Shown: piece by piece, positions 11,791 through 22,909 of the stretch
Layout of the letters: each line of letters begins with the position of its first letter
Position numbering within the stretch: the first letter of the stretch is position 1
Source of the DNA: Chiloscyllium plagiosum
Lineage: Eukaryota
Direction of reading: 5' to 3'
DNA: 37,994 bases
Assembly: GCF_004010195.1 (NCBI RefSeq)
Contig: NC_057718.1
Location: 30,222,128-30,260,121 of the forward strand
The notes under the pieces: model-generated
The model's database searches: none
What the model saw: the letters and a program-made list of their open reading frames with translations, nothing else
What the model was told of the DNA's origin: nothing
Translations under genes and position numbers: made by a program

Positions 11791-13176
11791 CCAGGGAAAA
11801 GACCTTGTCTATTTACCTATCCATGCCCCTCATGATTTTATAAACCTCTATAAGGTCACCCCTCAGCCTTTATCTCTCCAGGGAAAACAGCTCCAACCTA
11901 TAGCTAAAATCCTCTAACCCTGGCAACATCCTCGTAAATCTTTTCTGAACCCTTTCAAGTTTCACAACATCCTTCTCACAGGATGGAGACCAGAATTGCA
12001 CACAATATTCCAAAAGTGGTCTAACCAATGTCCTGTACAGCTGCAACATAACCTCGCAACCCCTATACTCAATGCCCTGAGCAATAAAGGAAACCATACT
12101 AAATGCCTTCTTCACTATCCTATTGACCTGAGATCCCACTTTCAAGGAACTATGAATCTGTACTCCAAGGTCTCTTTGTTCAGCAACACCACCCAGGATC
12201 TTATCATTAAGTATAAGTCCTGCCTTGATTTGCCTTTCCAAAATGTAGCACCTCACATTTGTCTACATTAAACACCATCTGCCACTCCACAGCTCATTGG
12301 TCCATTTGATCAAAATCCCGTTGTACTCTGAGGTAACCTTCTTCGCTGTCCACTACACCTCCAATTTTGGTGTCATCTGCAAACTAACTAATTGTAACTC
12401 CTATGTTCACGTTCAAATCATTTATATAAATGACAAAATGTAGTGAACCCAGCACCGATCCTTGTACCACACCATTGACCACAGGCCTCCAGTCTGAAAA
12501 GCAACCCCCCACCATCACCCTCTACCATTGAGCTAGTTCTGTATCCAAATGGCTAGTTCTCCCTGTATTCCATGTGATCTAACCTTGCTAATCAGTCTAC
12601 CATGAGGAACCTTGTCAAATTCCTTACTGAAGTCCATGTAGATCAGGTCCACCGCTCTGCCTTCATCAATCCTCTCCATTACATCTTCAAAAACCTCAAT
12701 CAAGTTAGTTAGACATGATTTCCCATGCGCAAAGCCATGTTGACTATCCCTAATCAGTCCCTGCCTGCCTGTCCCTCAGGATTTCCTCCAACTTGCACAC
12801 CACTAATATCAAGCTCACCCGTTTATGGTTCCCTGACTTTTCCAGTTTTCTAGCACCTCACCTGTGACTATCGATGATCCAAATATCTCAGCAAGGGGCT
12901 CAGCAATAACTTGCCTAGCTTCCCACAGAGTTCTAGGGTACATCTGATCAGGTCCTGGGGATTTATCTACCTTTATGCATTTTAAGACACTCAACACCTC
13001 CTCCTCTGTAATATTGACATTTGTCAAGATGTCACCATCCATTTCCCCACATTCTGTATCTTCCATGTCCTTCTCCCCAGTAAACACTGATGTAAATACT
13101 TGTTTAATATCTCGCCCATCTCCTGCAGTTGCTCATGTAGGCTGCCTTGCTGATCTTTAAGGGGCCCTATTCTCTC

Positions 13177-13358
13177 CAGTCCAAAGATATGCAGGTCAAG
13201 TGAATTGGTCATGCTAAATTGCCCATTGTGTTTGGTTCATTAGTCGGGGTATATATAGGATAGGGGAATGGGTCTGGGTTGGTTACTTTTTGGAGGGTCA
13301 ATGTGGACTTGTTGGGCCAAATGGCCTGTTTCCATACAGTCCAGAATCTAAAAAAAAC
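13177..13358 (+). mobile_element. 5'-truncated HE1-type SINE nested in CR1
   Basis: CAGTCCAAAGATATGCAGG...GTGGACTTGTTGGGCCAAATGGCCTGTTTCC followed by an A-rich end. Confidence 0.8.
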
Positions 13359-14289
13359 AATCTTACCCTTTTGTCCTTAATGTATTTGTAAAAACCTTTT
13401 GGATTCTCCTTAACCTTATTTGTCAAAGCTATCTCGTGTTCCCTTTTTTGCCCTTCTGATTTCCCTCTTAAATATACTCCTACTGCCTTGTACTCTTCTA
13501 AGGATTTAGTTGATCTCTGCTGTCTATACCTGACATATGCTTCCTTCTTTCTCTTGGGCAAAACCTCAATTTCTCTCGTCATCCAGCATTCCCTACACCT
13601 ACCAGCCCTGCCTTTAACCCTAACAGGAATATATTGTCTCTGGACTCTTGTTATCTCATTTTCGAAGGCTTCCTATTTTCCAGCCATGCCTTTGCCTACA
13701 AACATCTGCACCCAAACAACTTTTGAAATTTCTTTCCTAATACCGTCAAAATTTGCCTTGCTCCAATTTAGAACTTTAACTTTTGGATCCTGTTTCACCT
13801 TATCCATCACTATTTTAAAATTAATAGAGATATGGTCACTGGCCCCCACTGACACCTCAGTAACTTTCCCTGCCTTATTTGCCAAGAGTAGGTCAAGTTT
13901 TGTACCTTCTTTGATAGGTGCATCCACATTCTGAATCAAAAACTTTTCTTGTAGGCGACAAATTCCTCTCCATCTAAACCCGTAACACTGAGGCAGTCCA
14001 AGCCTATGTTTGGAAAGTTAAAATCCCTGACCTTTACCACCCTATTATTCTTACAGATAACTGAGATCTCCTTACAAATTTGTTACTCAATTTCCTGCTG
14101 ACTAATAGGGTGGTCTGTACTACAATCCCAATAAGGTGATCATCCCTTTCTTATTTCTCAGTTCCACTCAAATTACAACCCTGGACATATCCCCAGAAAT
14201 ATTCTCCCTAAGTACAGCTGTAATGTTATTCCTTATTAAAAGTGCCACTCCCCCTGTTATTTTGCCCTGCTTTCTATCCTTCACATAGC

Positions 14290-14640
14290 AACCGTATTTG
14301 TGAGGTAGTCTTGGGAGAGATGCTCCATCACCAGCCTACACCATCTCATAAGACCTGGAGGTTTGTCCGAAGTCCAATTCATTACAATGTTCTTCCTCTC
14401 ACAGTGCATAAGAATGTTACACAACCTCTTCTTGTGTTCCCCCAGAGAGGGCAAGTTTGGCAACCCCAGGAGAAGAAATACCAGATCCACCTTGACTTGA
14501 ATTCCCAGGATTTCCTCTTCCTCTTTTTTAAAGTGCCATTGTTTTGATCTTTTCTTCCCCCTAAGATCCAAAACAATGCAACAGATTATAAAATAGTAAT
14601 TACTGCACCTGGAATTCAAGGAAATCACCTCCAACACCTA
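14290..14640 (-). mobile_element. L1-clade LINE ORF2 C-terminal fragment
   Basis: ILGIQVKVDLVFLLLGLP...NILMHCERKNIVMNWTSDKPPGLMRWCRLV resembles the RK.I...W....PP....W pattern of fish/shark L1 C-termini. Confidence 0.65.
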
Positions 14641-14714
14641 AAATACCAAAAAAAAAGATCAGCTGTTAGAGCCACAATTTTGTTTTCCATCCTCCCTCTT
14701 GAACCCAGCATGGT

Positions 14715-15288
14715 AACAAAGGCAGATTCATATCTGATTCCGCATTTAGAGGATGTGTTAAGAAGATTTGACAAATACAAGGATATTGACACGTACCTTT
14801 GATGCCACAGCCAAAGAAACATTAGTTTTTGTAATCCTGGATGGTCTTTATCAAGGAATGAAAAATACACCAGTGACTTATCAAAAATTAATCAACAAGG
14901 TCATCAAAGCCTTATTCAACTGCATTGGTGATTTGGTTATGTTCAGCCAGTCCCTGGAGGAGTATTTGCAACACTTGAACAAATTGTTTGATCAGTTACG
15001 AAAAGTTAGTTTGGTTATAAACTCAGCCATAAATGAATTTGCCAAACAGAAAGTGATTTATTTGGGCCACACCTTGTGACAAGTCTAAGTAGTAACAGAG
15101 AAACAGCAAGTGTTATCTTGGAGTTTTCCATACCTAAGACAAAATACAAAATTTTGTAGGAATTAAGCATAAATGAACTTTATCAAAGATTTGTTCGAAA
15201 TTTCAGCACTGTGGTGGTTCCTTGAAAAGTTTATTTTGTAAAATTTGAATGAACAAAGGAATATAAGAATGTCTTTAGTAACTTGAAA
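14715..15288 (+). mobile_element. Ty3/Gypsy LTR-retrotransposon RT fragment (decayed)
   Basis: FVILDGLYQ-GMKNTPVTYQKLINKV...IGDLVMFSQSLEEYLQHLNKLFDQLRKVSLVIN...EF....VIYLGH (degenerate GMKNAPATFQR, YIDD and YLGH motifs). Confidence 0.8.
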
Positions 15289-15788
15289 NNNNNNNNNNNN
15301 NNNNNNNNNNNNNNNNNNNNNNNNNNNNNNNNNNNNNNNNNNNNNNNNNNNNNNNNNNNNNNNNNNNNNNNNNNNNNNNNNNNNNNNNNNNNNNNNNNNN
15401 NNNNNNNNNNNNNNNNNNNNNNNNNNNNNNNNNNNNNNNNNNNNNNNNNNNNNNNNNNNNNNNNNNNNNNNNNNNNNNNNNNNNNNNNNNNNNNNNNNNN
15501 NNNNNNNNNNNNNNNNNNNNNNNNNNNNNNNNNNNNNNNNNNNNNNNNNNNNNNNNNNNNNNNNNNNNNNNNNNNNNNNNNNNNNNNNNNNNNNNNNNNN
15601 NNNNNNNNNNNNNNNNNNNNNNNNNNNNNNNNNNNNNNNNNNNNNNNNNNNNNNNNNNNNNNNNNNNNNNNNNNNNNNNNNNNNNNNNNNNNNNNNNNNN
15701 NNNNNNNNNNNNNNNNNNNNNNNNNNNNNNNNNNNNNNNNNNNNNNNNNNNNNNNNNNNNNNNNNNNNNNNNNNNNNNNNNNNNNNNN
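15289..15788. other. Assembly gap (500 N)
   Basis: Run of exactly 500 N, probably an arbitrary scaffolding spacer. Confidence 0.99.
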
Positions 15789-16899
15789 TTAAAAAGACCA
15801 ATGGGCCAGCTGAACTATTAATATTAATTGCTCCATAGCAGCCATTAGTGCCTTGAATCTCCTAATCCTAAAATTTCAACTTGGAAGCCCTACCTGGGGT
15901 TGCAAACTCCGTTTCGAGAAGCTATGGCCAATTACGTAGAAAGATAATCTATTTGCCAAGGTGGTGGACTTTGGTATAGGTATTAATGAATACTTTATAC
16001 GTGTTATCATGCAAGAGGGAGATGGTATAAACATTACAGCAATGAAGGAGGATTGTGAAATACAGTATTAGATAAAATTAACATTGTGTGAAAGGAATTA
16101 TTAAAGGGTTTACCATCTTTGAAAATGGATGAATCCCAGGCTTACTTGAAATCTTTCTGAGTTTGTTAACGGAAAACTAAATGAAGTGCATAAAATTATG
16201 AAGGGTAGATGAAGGACAGAGTTTCATGGAGGGGCTAGCGCATTGCTCGCACTCTATAAAAGAATTGGCTACAGCTGATAGACTGATAAGAAGCAGGGCA
16301 ACCCTGCAGCCATGACTCAGGGTGGGTTAACTAAGTTGCTGCAGAATGTGATTTCTCAGCTGTGGAAGTCTCACCTTCTGGTGCTGTTAACTAGTCTCAC
16401 GAACTGACAACTCCAACGGGGTCAGCAACACCAAGCGTCAACATTGAAAGAGCTACAAGCAAGTCCAGGATGAAGGAGATTGGGAGATTTTAAAATTCAG
16501 AAAAGAGGAAAAAAGTGGGAAGGGGGCGTATTTCTTCTGGGGGGTGGGTGTGGGGGAGATAGTGTGGAGAGGAAGGGGGGAATGTGTCCCTGATGTGCAC
16601 AGGGAACTCTCCAAAGTTAGTAGCCCTGTTCATTCCCATTCTTTAAAAAGAAATGGGCTGCCACTCCTTCCCAAGGTAACTGTGTTATAGTTTGGTAGGG
16701 CAGAACTGGGGTCAGTTAAGCTCAGTTAACCCTTAAATATTTAGTTAAATATAGATGAGCTGCCAGTTTGGTGTCTGTCATTCTACCCCAGATTATAGAG
16801 ATTGATTGAGAAGGGATGGAATATTTGGACTGGGTATCTCTGCCTTATTTTATGATCACCCTGTGCTGAAAATACACTTGGCAAGAGCACATAAAATCT

Positions 16900-17235
16900 A
16901 GTACTGAATCAACCAAATAGCTCTATTCTGTTTGCTTGAGGAGTTCATAACGCTAGATTTGGGATATAAAGAGAAATATTTGGGGGAATTTGAGGGGAAT
17001 GTTTTTTCACATGGAAGCTGGTGGGAACTGAAACTCACAGCCAAAAATAACGTGGTAGATTCAGAGACTGTCATAACATTTTAAAATGTCTTGGATATGT
17101 ACTTGAAGTACTGTCACCGACAAGGCTAATGGCTGAGCTGGAAAGTGGAATTGGACTGAATAGCTACTTGGAGGTTGGCATGAACACACTGGGCCAAAAT
17201 GCCTCCTTCTGTGCTATAAATATTGTGATTGTATG
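16900..17235 (+). mobile_element. Old CR1 3' end
   Basis: tttttcacatggaagctggtgggaactgaaactc...acattttaaaatgtcttggat...gggccaaaatgcctccttctgtgctataaa. Confidence 0.6.
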
Positions 17236-17328
17236 AAGTCAATGGAAATAAAAATCAGGAGAGATATAAAATTAACTTCCAACTATCTATCACACAAAGT
17301 CAAAATGGGAAGCAAATCCATAATGCAT

Positions 17329-18357
17329 GAGTCGAAAGGTGTGGTGCTGGAAAGGCACATCCGGTCAGGCATTTTCCGAGGAGCAGGACAATCGATGTTT
17401 TGAACATAAGCTCTTCATCAGAAATGAGACTTGTGGCCAAGGGGGCTGAGAGACATGTGGGAGGGTTGTGGGGCTGAGCGGAAAGTAGCTGAGAATGTGA
17501 GTAGATGAAGTTGGGGTTGAAGGTGATAGGTCAGAGAGGAGAGTGGAGCGGATAGGTGGGAAGGAAAATGGACAGGTAGGAAAAGTCAAGAAGCCAGTGC
17601 CATTTGGAAGGTTGGATCTGGGATAAAGCGGGGGTAGAGGAAATGAGGAAACTGGTGAAATTGACATTGATCGCATGGGTTCCACGGCAGAAGATGAGAT
17701 GTTCTGACTCCAAGCGTCAGGTAGTTACGATTTGGTGTTGGAGGAGGCCCAGGTCCTTGGCAGAGTGGGAGGGGGTGTTAAAGTATTTGGCCACAAGACA
17801 GTGGGGTTGTTTCGCACGTGTCCAAATACAGGTAAATCTCGGATGCATATGGAAGGATCCTTTGGGGCCATGGACAGAGGTAAAGGGGGAGGTGTGGATG
17901 AGGGTTTTGCAATTCTTGCGGTGGCAGGGGAAGGTGCCAGGATTGCTGGGTAGGATGATGGGGTGCGTGGACCTAACAAGGGAGTCGTGGAGAGAAAGAT
18001 CTTTATGGAACACAGATAGAGGTGGGGAAGGAAATATATCCCTGATGGTGGGGCCTGTTTGTAGGTGGTGGAAATGGTGGAGGATAATGCGATGTATCCA
18101 GAGGTTGGTGGGATGAAAGGTGAGGACCAGGGGGTTCTGTCATTGTTGTGATTGGAGGGGTGGGTTTCAAGGGCAGAAGTGTGGGAAGTGGATGAGATGC
18201 ACTGGAGGGCATCATTGACCATGTGGGATGGGGAATTGCGGGCTTTGAAGAAGGAGGCCATTTGGGATGTTCTGAGGTGGAATTGGTCCTCCTGGGAGCA
18301 GATGCAGTGGAGGCGGAGGTGTTGATAATAAGGGATCACCAGCATCTGCAGTCCTCA
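17329..18357 (-). mobile_element. Penelope-like retroelement 3' fragment (RT thumb, Cys-rich linker, GIY-YIG C-terminal part, pLTR with decayed hammerhead)
   Basis: IPYYQHLRLHCICSQEDQFH, GTFPCHRKNCKT, VAKYFNTPSHS, EHLIFCRGTHAINVNF; pLTR 17329-17425 shared with the mini-elements; inverted tail at 18339-18357. Confidence 0.88.
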
Positions 18358-18638
18358 GCCAATAGGATTAGATGAAATAATGTTTGAGGATACTTTTGTG
18401 AAGCATAAGTGGCAATGAGTAGTTGTGCTTATTGGTCTGTTTGTATGTTGTGCATTTTATGTAATAATATAAATTTTTTAAAACATTTGAGAAAGTGTTC
18501 TGTAGAGCAAGTTCAATCTTGCTATCTTGGACATGCAAAGTCAGACATTCACTTGCTATATACGAGAAGATAAATGTTTTAAAACTGAGTCCAAGTCAAT
18601 ACTTGTAACAAAAGCTTTATTTCAGATATTGTCCATCT

Positions 18639-20098
18639 TTGACAAGGTCCCTCATAGCAGGTTGATTTGAAAGGTGTATCACATGGGATCCATAGCGAGC
18701 TGATAAGATGGATACAGAACCAGCTTAATCCTAGGAGACGGAGAGTAGCGGTGGAACAGTGTTTTTATGACCAGAGATCTGTGACCAGTGAAGTTCCACA
18801 AGGATCAGTGCTGGGACCTCAGTTCCTTGTAATATGCATAAATAATTTGGAGGAAATTGTAGATGGCCTGATTAGTAAATTTGTGGATCATACAAAGATT
18901 GTGGGAGTTGCAGATAGTGAGGAGGATTGCCAATGGATGCAGCAGGATATAGATAGGCTGGGAATTTGGGTGGTAAAATGGCAGATGGAGTTTAATCTGG
19001 ACAAATGTGAGGTGATGCATTTTGAAAGATGTAATGCAGGACAGATGTACAAAGCAAATGGCAGAACCCTTAGTAGCATCAACAACAGAAGGATCTAGTC
19101 ATACAGGTCCACAGCTCTTTGAAAGTGGCAATACAAGTGAATAAGATGGTCAAGAAGGCATTTGGTATACTTGCCTTTATCAGTTAGGACATGGACTATA
19201 AAAAAAATGGCCAGGCATGTTGCATCTGTATACACTTTAGTTAGGCCACTTTTGAAATATTATGTACAGTTCTATTTGCCATACTACCAGAATGACATGC
19301 CTGTTTTGGAAAGGGTACAGAAATGTTTTCCCAAGATGTTACCTGATTTAAAGGATGTTAAATATGAGGAGAAATTGGACAAACTTGATTTGTTTTCACT
19401 TGACCATCAAAGGTTGAGGAGTAATCTGATAGAAGTATACAAAATAATGAGAGGCATGGATAGAATAAATATTCAAAGTCTTTTTCCCAGGCTGGAGACA
19501 TCAATTAATAGGGGCCATAGGTTTAAGGTAAAAGTGAACGTTTAAAGGAGATGTGAGAAGTATTTTAACACAGAGTGTGGTAAGGCACTACCAGAGGATG
19601 GGGGGAGGTGGAAACAATGCTGAAAATGTGTTGCTGGAAAAGCGCAGCAGGTCAGGCAGCATCCAAGGAGCAGGAAATCGACATTTCGGGCATGAGCCCT
19701 TCTTCAGGAATGAGGAAAGTGTGTCCAGCAGGCTAAGATAAAAGGTAGGGAGGAGGGACTTGGGGGAGGGGCGTTGGACACATTTTACTCATTCCTGAAG
19801 AAGGGCATGCCCGAAACATCGATTCTCCTGCCCCTTGGATGCTGCCTGACCTGCTGCGCTTTTCCAGCAACACATTTTCAACTCTGATCTTCAGCATCTG
19901 CAGTCCTCACTTTCTCCTCGGAGGTGGAAACAATAACCATGTTTAAGAGGCATCTTGACTGATATATGAATAGGTAGGGACTAGAAAAATACAGATCACA
20001 CAGAGGCAAATGGTTTTAAGTTTAGAAAGGCATCATGTGTCAGCGTGGTTTTACTAGGCTGAAGAGCCAGTTTATGGGCTGTACTGTTCTTTGTTCTT
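18639..20098 (+). mobile_element. 5'-truncated CR1 LINE (RT and 3' tail)
   Basis: VPQGSVLGP, ISKFVDHTK, WQMEFNLDKCEVMHF, LERVQK...LIEVYKIMRGMDR. Confidence 0.92.
19619..19919. mobile_element. PLE-derived fold-back mini-element nested in CR1
   Basis: Perfect 15-bp TSD GGAGGTGGAAACAAT (19604-19618, 19920-19934); inverted arms of about 100 bp; hammerhead cores on both strands, each with a CpG-type substitution in stem III. Confidence 0.88.
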
Positions 20099-20469
20099 AG
20101 CAACCTGGAGACTGCCTGTATATGCACCCATTAATGAAATGTTTATAATTGAATTTAGAAATGCTTTGCCCCTCCAATTTAATTATTATGTAATTTTAAC
20201 CAAAACATAAGAGCAAATTGATATAATTTAAATTATACATTAAGATACAGTTTGACATATTCACTTACTCAGAGTCATTTCTAATTTCCTATATTAGGTT
20301 GTTGTTTTTAAAAAAGAACTTAATCAGTGAATTGTTTAAGTATTATTGTGGGTTATTAGCAGATTAAAATGCAACTTACTGTGTTGATATGGAGAATAAT
20401 GCAATATTATCACATTGGTTATTTAGGATAATAGCATCATTACAACATACAGAAGGCAAAAACAGGTTG

Positions 20470-20920
20470 TAGGAGCAAATTACTGCAGATACTGCAATCT
20501 GTACTGAAAACAACAAATGCTGGAGATCACAGTGGGTCAGACAGCATCCACGGAGAGAGAGCAAGCTAACGTGTTGAGTTAAGATGACTCTTCATCAGAG
20601 CTGTAGTGAAGTGTAGAGGAGACAGCATTTATGCTATAGTTTCGGGGTATGGTGTGTGAGCGCATTGGGTGTAAGGTGCTGGTGGGAAAAAGATGTTGAT
20701 AGTTCAGATTAGGGGACCAGGATGTGCGAATGGCAGAACAATCGAGAGTCTCCTGCCAGACTTGAAAGGACAGACAGACTGGAATGGGGAGAAAGGATAT
20801 GATAACAGAATGTAACAAACTAAAAGAAAGGAAATAAATGGGAGTTGTTTCACAATTTGAAGATGTTGGAGCTCAGTATTAAGTCCAGAAGGCTGTAAAG
20901 TGCCAGTCTGAAGATGAGAC
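20470..20920 (-). mobile_element. Second-family PLE 3' fragment
   Basis: Minus strand near 20850-20920 resembles LIFRL.TLQPSGLN.E (GIY-YIG C-terminus); hammerhead-like AGCU-CUGAUGA-A-GAGU(7)ACUC-aAcA-CG-UU-AGCU at 20564-20602. Confidence 0.7.
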
Positions 20921-21207
20921 TAAAACAGATTGCTTTAATAATGTGCTAATGTATAGTTGATCCTCTCGCCTATAAGAGGAAGTTGGAGACTACATCTACT
21001 AAGGCAGAGAAGCCTAAGTGGAAATTTAATAGAGTTTTTTAAATTTGAATTAATAAATAATGGAAGTCAGCTCCTCTATTTGAGGAGTTCATGATGAGCA
21101 GGACATTAGAATCTGTTTTACTTTGCTGTAGCAAAGATGTGCTAGAGTCACCCTGATTTGAATGCTGTAAACGTCTTCAATTCTATAGTTGCTCTTATTT
21201 TAACAGC

Positions 21208-21415
21208 CATGATGTGGCTGTGCTGGTGTTGGACTGGGTGAACAAAATCAAAAGTCACACAACATCAGGTTGTAGTCCAACAGATGTATTTGAAATCACA
21301 TACCTTTTGGAGCGTAGCCCCTTCATCTTCACCTGATGAAGGGGCTATGCTTTGAAAGCTTGTGATTTCAAATAAACCTGTTGGACTATAACCTGGTGTC
21401 ATGTGACTTCCGACT
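21208..21415. mobile_element. PLE-type fold-back mini-element of a third family
   Basis: Imperfect inverted arms (AAGTCACACAACATCAGGTTGTAGTCCAACAG.. / ..CTGTTGGACTATAACCTGGTGTCATGTGACTT); 13-bp TSD TTATTTTA(A/G)CAGC (21195-21207, 21416-21428). Confidence 0.8.
21329..21365 (+). ncRNA. Minimal type I hammerhead ribozyme motif, sense to the SLC3A1 pre-mRNA
   Basis: UCAC-CUGAUGA-A-GGGGC(UAU)GCUUU-GAAA-GC-UU^-GUGA: intact core, 4-bp stem I, GU-rich stem II, palindromic AAGCUU stem III. Confidence 0.7.
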
Positions 21416-21913
21416 TTATTTTAGCAGCTCATGTTATTTCCACCGTTAGAGTTGCAAATGTAATAATCAGGGTTTTACATTCTCTTAAACAACTCAAAAT
21501 ACTCTATGTAGACACAACATTTGTTTGGAAAAGGACATTCCTAAGTTAACTGCAGAGCTGGGTATTATTCACTGTTAAAGTGAATAAAGCATTCTACAAA
21601 TGAATGTAACATTTTATGAATACATCGGCAGCTAGCTATTGGTAAAAGTTTATTACCAATTGCAAATGTATATATTTGAAGGACTAATTCACTAGCATCC
21701 ATCATCAAATGTAATTCTCCTGCCTTAAGATGAATGCAAAGGCAAAGAAATCATTCTATTGACATTGAAAGATCTTGTTCTGAACCAAGTCCAAGTGATC
21801 CTCCTGCATTATATTTTAACATGACTTTTGGTGGTAATTGCGATAATGACCAATTTGATTAACTTTTGAAAGAATTAACTTCATTGATATGCTTTCCGTA
21901 TACTTTTTAAAAG

Positions 21914-22068
21914 GTTTGAAACTGATAATGGATTTCATTCCAAATCACACTAGTGATAAACACCGTTGGTTTCAACTTAGCCGGAATCGAACAGGAAAAT
22001 ACACTGATTACTATATCTGGGTTGACTGTAAACACGAACTGAACAAAACCACCAATCCTAACAACTGG
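21914..22068 (+). CDS. SLC3A1: SLC3A1 exon 3 (GH13 conserved region I)
   Basis: tttttaaaag|GTTTG acceptor; [52 protein letters not shown]; donor TGG|gtaatg; 155 nt. Confidence 0.95.
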
Positions 22069-22614
22069 GTAATGATGTCATTTAAATTACCTTATCTAAG
22101 TTTTCTAACTCCCTAATATTAAAATGTATTAGTTCTATTTTATTAGCAATTTTTAAAGTCTCCTTTTCTTTTCCTGTATTCACTGGAAAAATAGTGAGGG
22201 TCAGTTGGAATTTTATGATTTTAATGCCGATGGAAACCAGTTCATCTATTAAGTTATCATTGTTATTACTTTCAGAACATCTTTTGAAAATATTATTGCA
22301 CTTTGACTAGAAACAATCTTTCTGATATAGAAAAGAAACTTTGAGATTCAGTTTCACAAACATTAAAAACAACACTTCATGTAGCTATTGCCAAAAAGAG
22401 CTATTCAAATATTGGGTTTTCTGGCAGGAGTTGTGAAATATAAAAATTGAGATGTGGTGATGAATTTAAATATGAAGTGATAGTAAGACCACAGCTGTGT
22501 GTTTGTCTGAATTCCACAAAGCAGCAAGCACATTGAGGCAAATAAAAAGTGGACCACAGATTTACTGCCTGGGATATTGCCTAGTATGAAGGAATGCAAG
22601 TATGAATGCAGTGG

Positions 22615-22737
22615 AGAAAGTGAGGTCTGCAGATGCTGGAGATCAGAGCTGGAAATGTGTTGCTGGAAAAGCGCAGCAGGTCAGGCAGCATCCAGGGAAC
22701 AGGAGAATCGACGTTTCGGGCATAAGCCCTTCTTCAG
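22615..22737 (-). mobile_element. PLE-derived single-arm mini-element
   Basis: 11-bp TSD GAATGCAGTGG (22604-22614, 22738-22748); consists of the hammerhead plus the downstream pLTR and tail. Confidence 0.85.
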
Positions 22738-22741
22738 GAAT
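22706..22741 (-). ncRNA. Minimal type I hammerhead ribozyme motif
   Basis: Minus strand AUUC-CUGAAGA-A-GGGC(UUAU)GCCC-GAAA-CG-UC^-GAUU: intact core, stem I with one U-U mismatch. Confidence 0.7.
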
Positions 22742-22909
22742 GCAGTGGTACAAAGACAAAAAAGGCTATACTCTCAACATAGGATAGAGCAGTGAAGATG
22801 GAGCTACTCAGGGACTAAGGTGAACAAGTGCCGTAGGGATCTCTGAATTGACCGACAGATGGGCAATACAAACCTCATCACCCTCATTGCCTGAGATCTC
22901 TCACAGCAT

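Larger units (their letters stand above)
11270..14290 (-). mobile_element. Decayed CR1 LINE (endonuclease to 3' tail) with two nested insertions
   Basis: Minus-strand ORFs: LDLLLANKAG..SDH, KSPGPDQMYPRTLWEAR, LVRPLLEYCVQFWSP...LERVQKRFTRMLPG. Confidence 0.93.

Noticed and set aside
15163..15801. Long ORFs of 169-212 aa
   Set aside because: Artefacts of reading through the N gap
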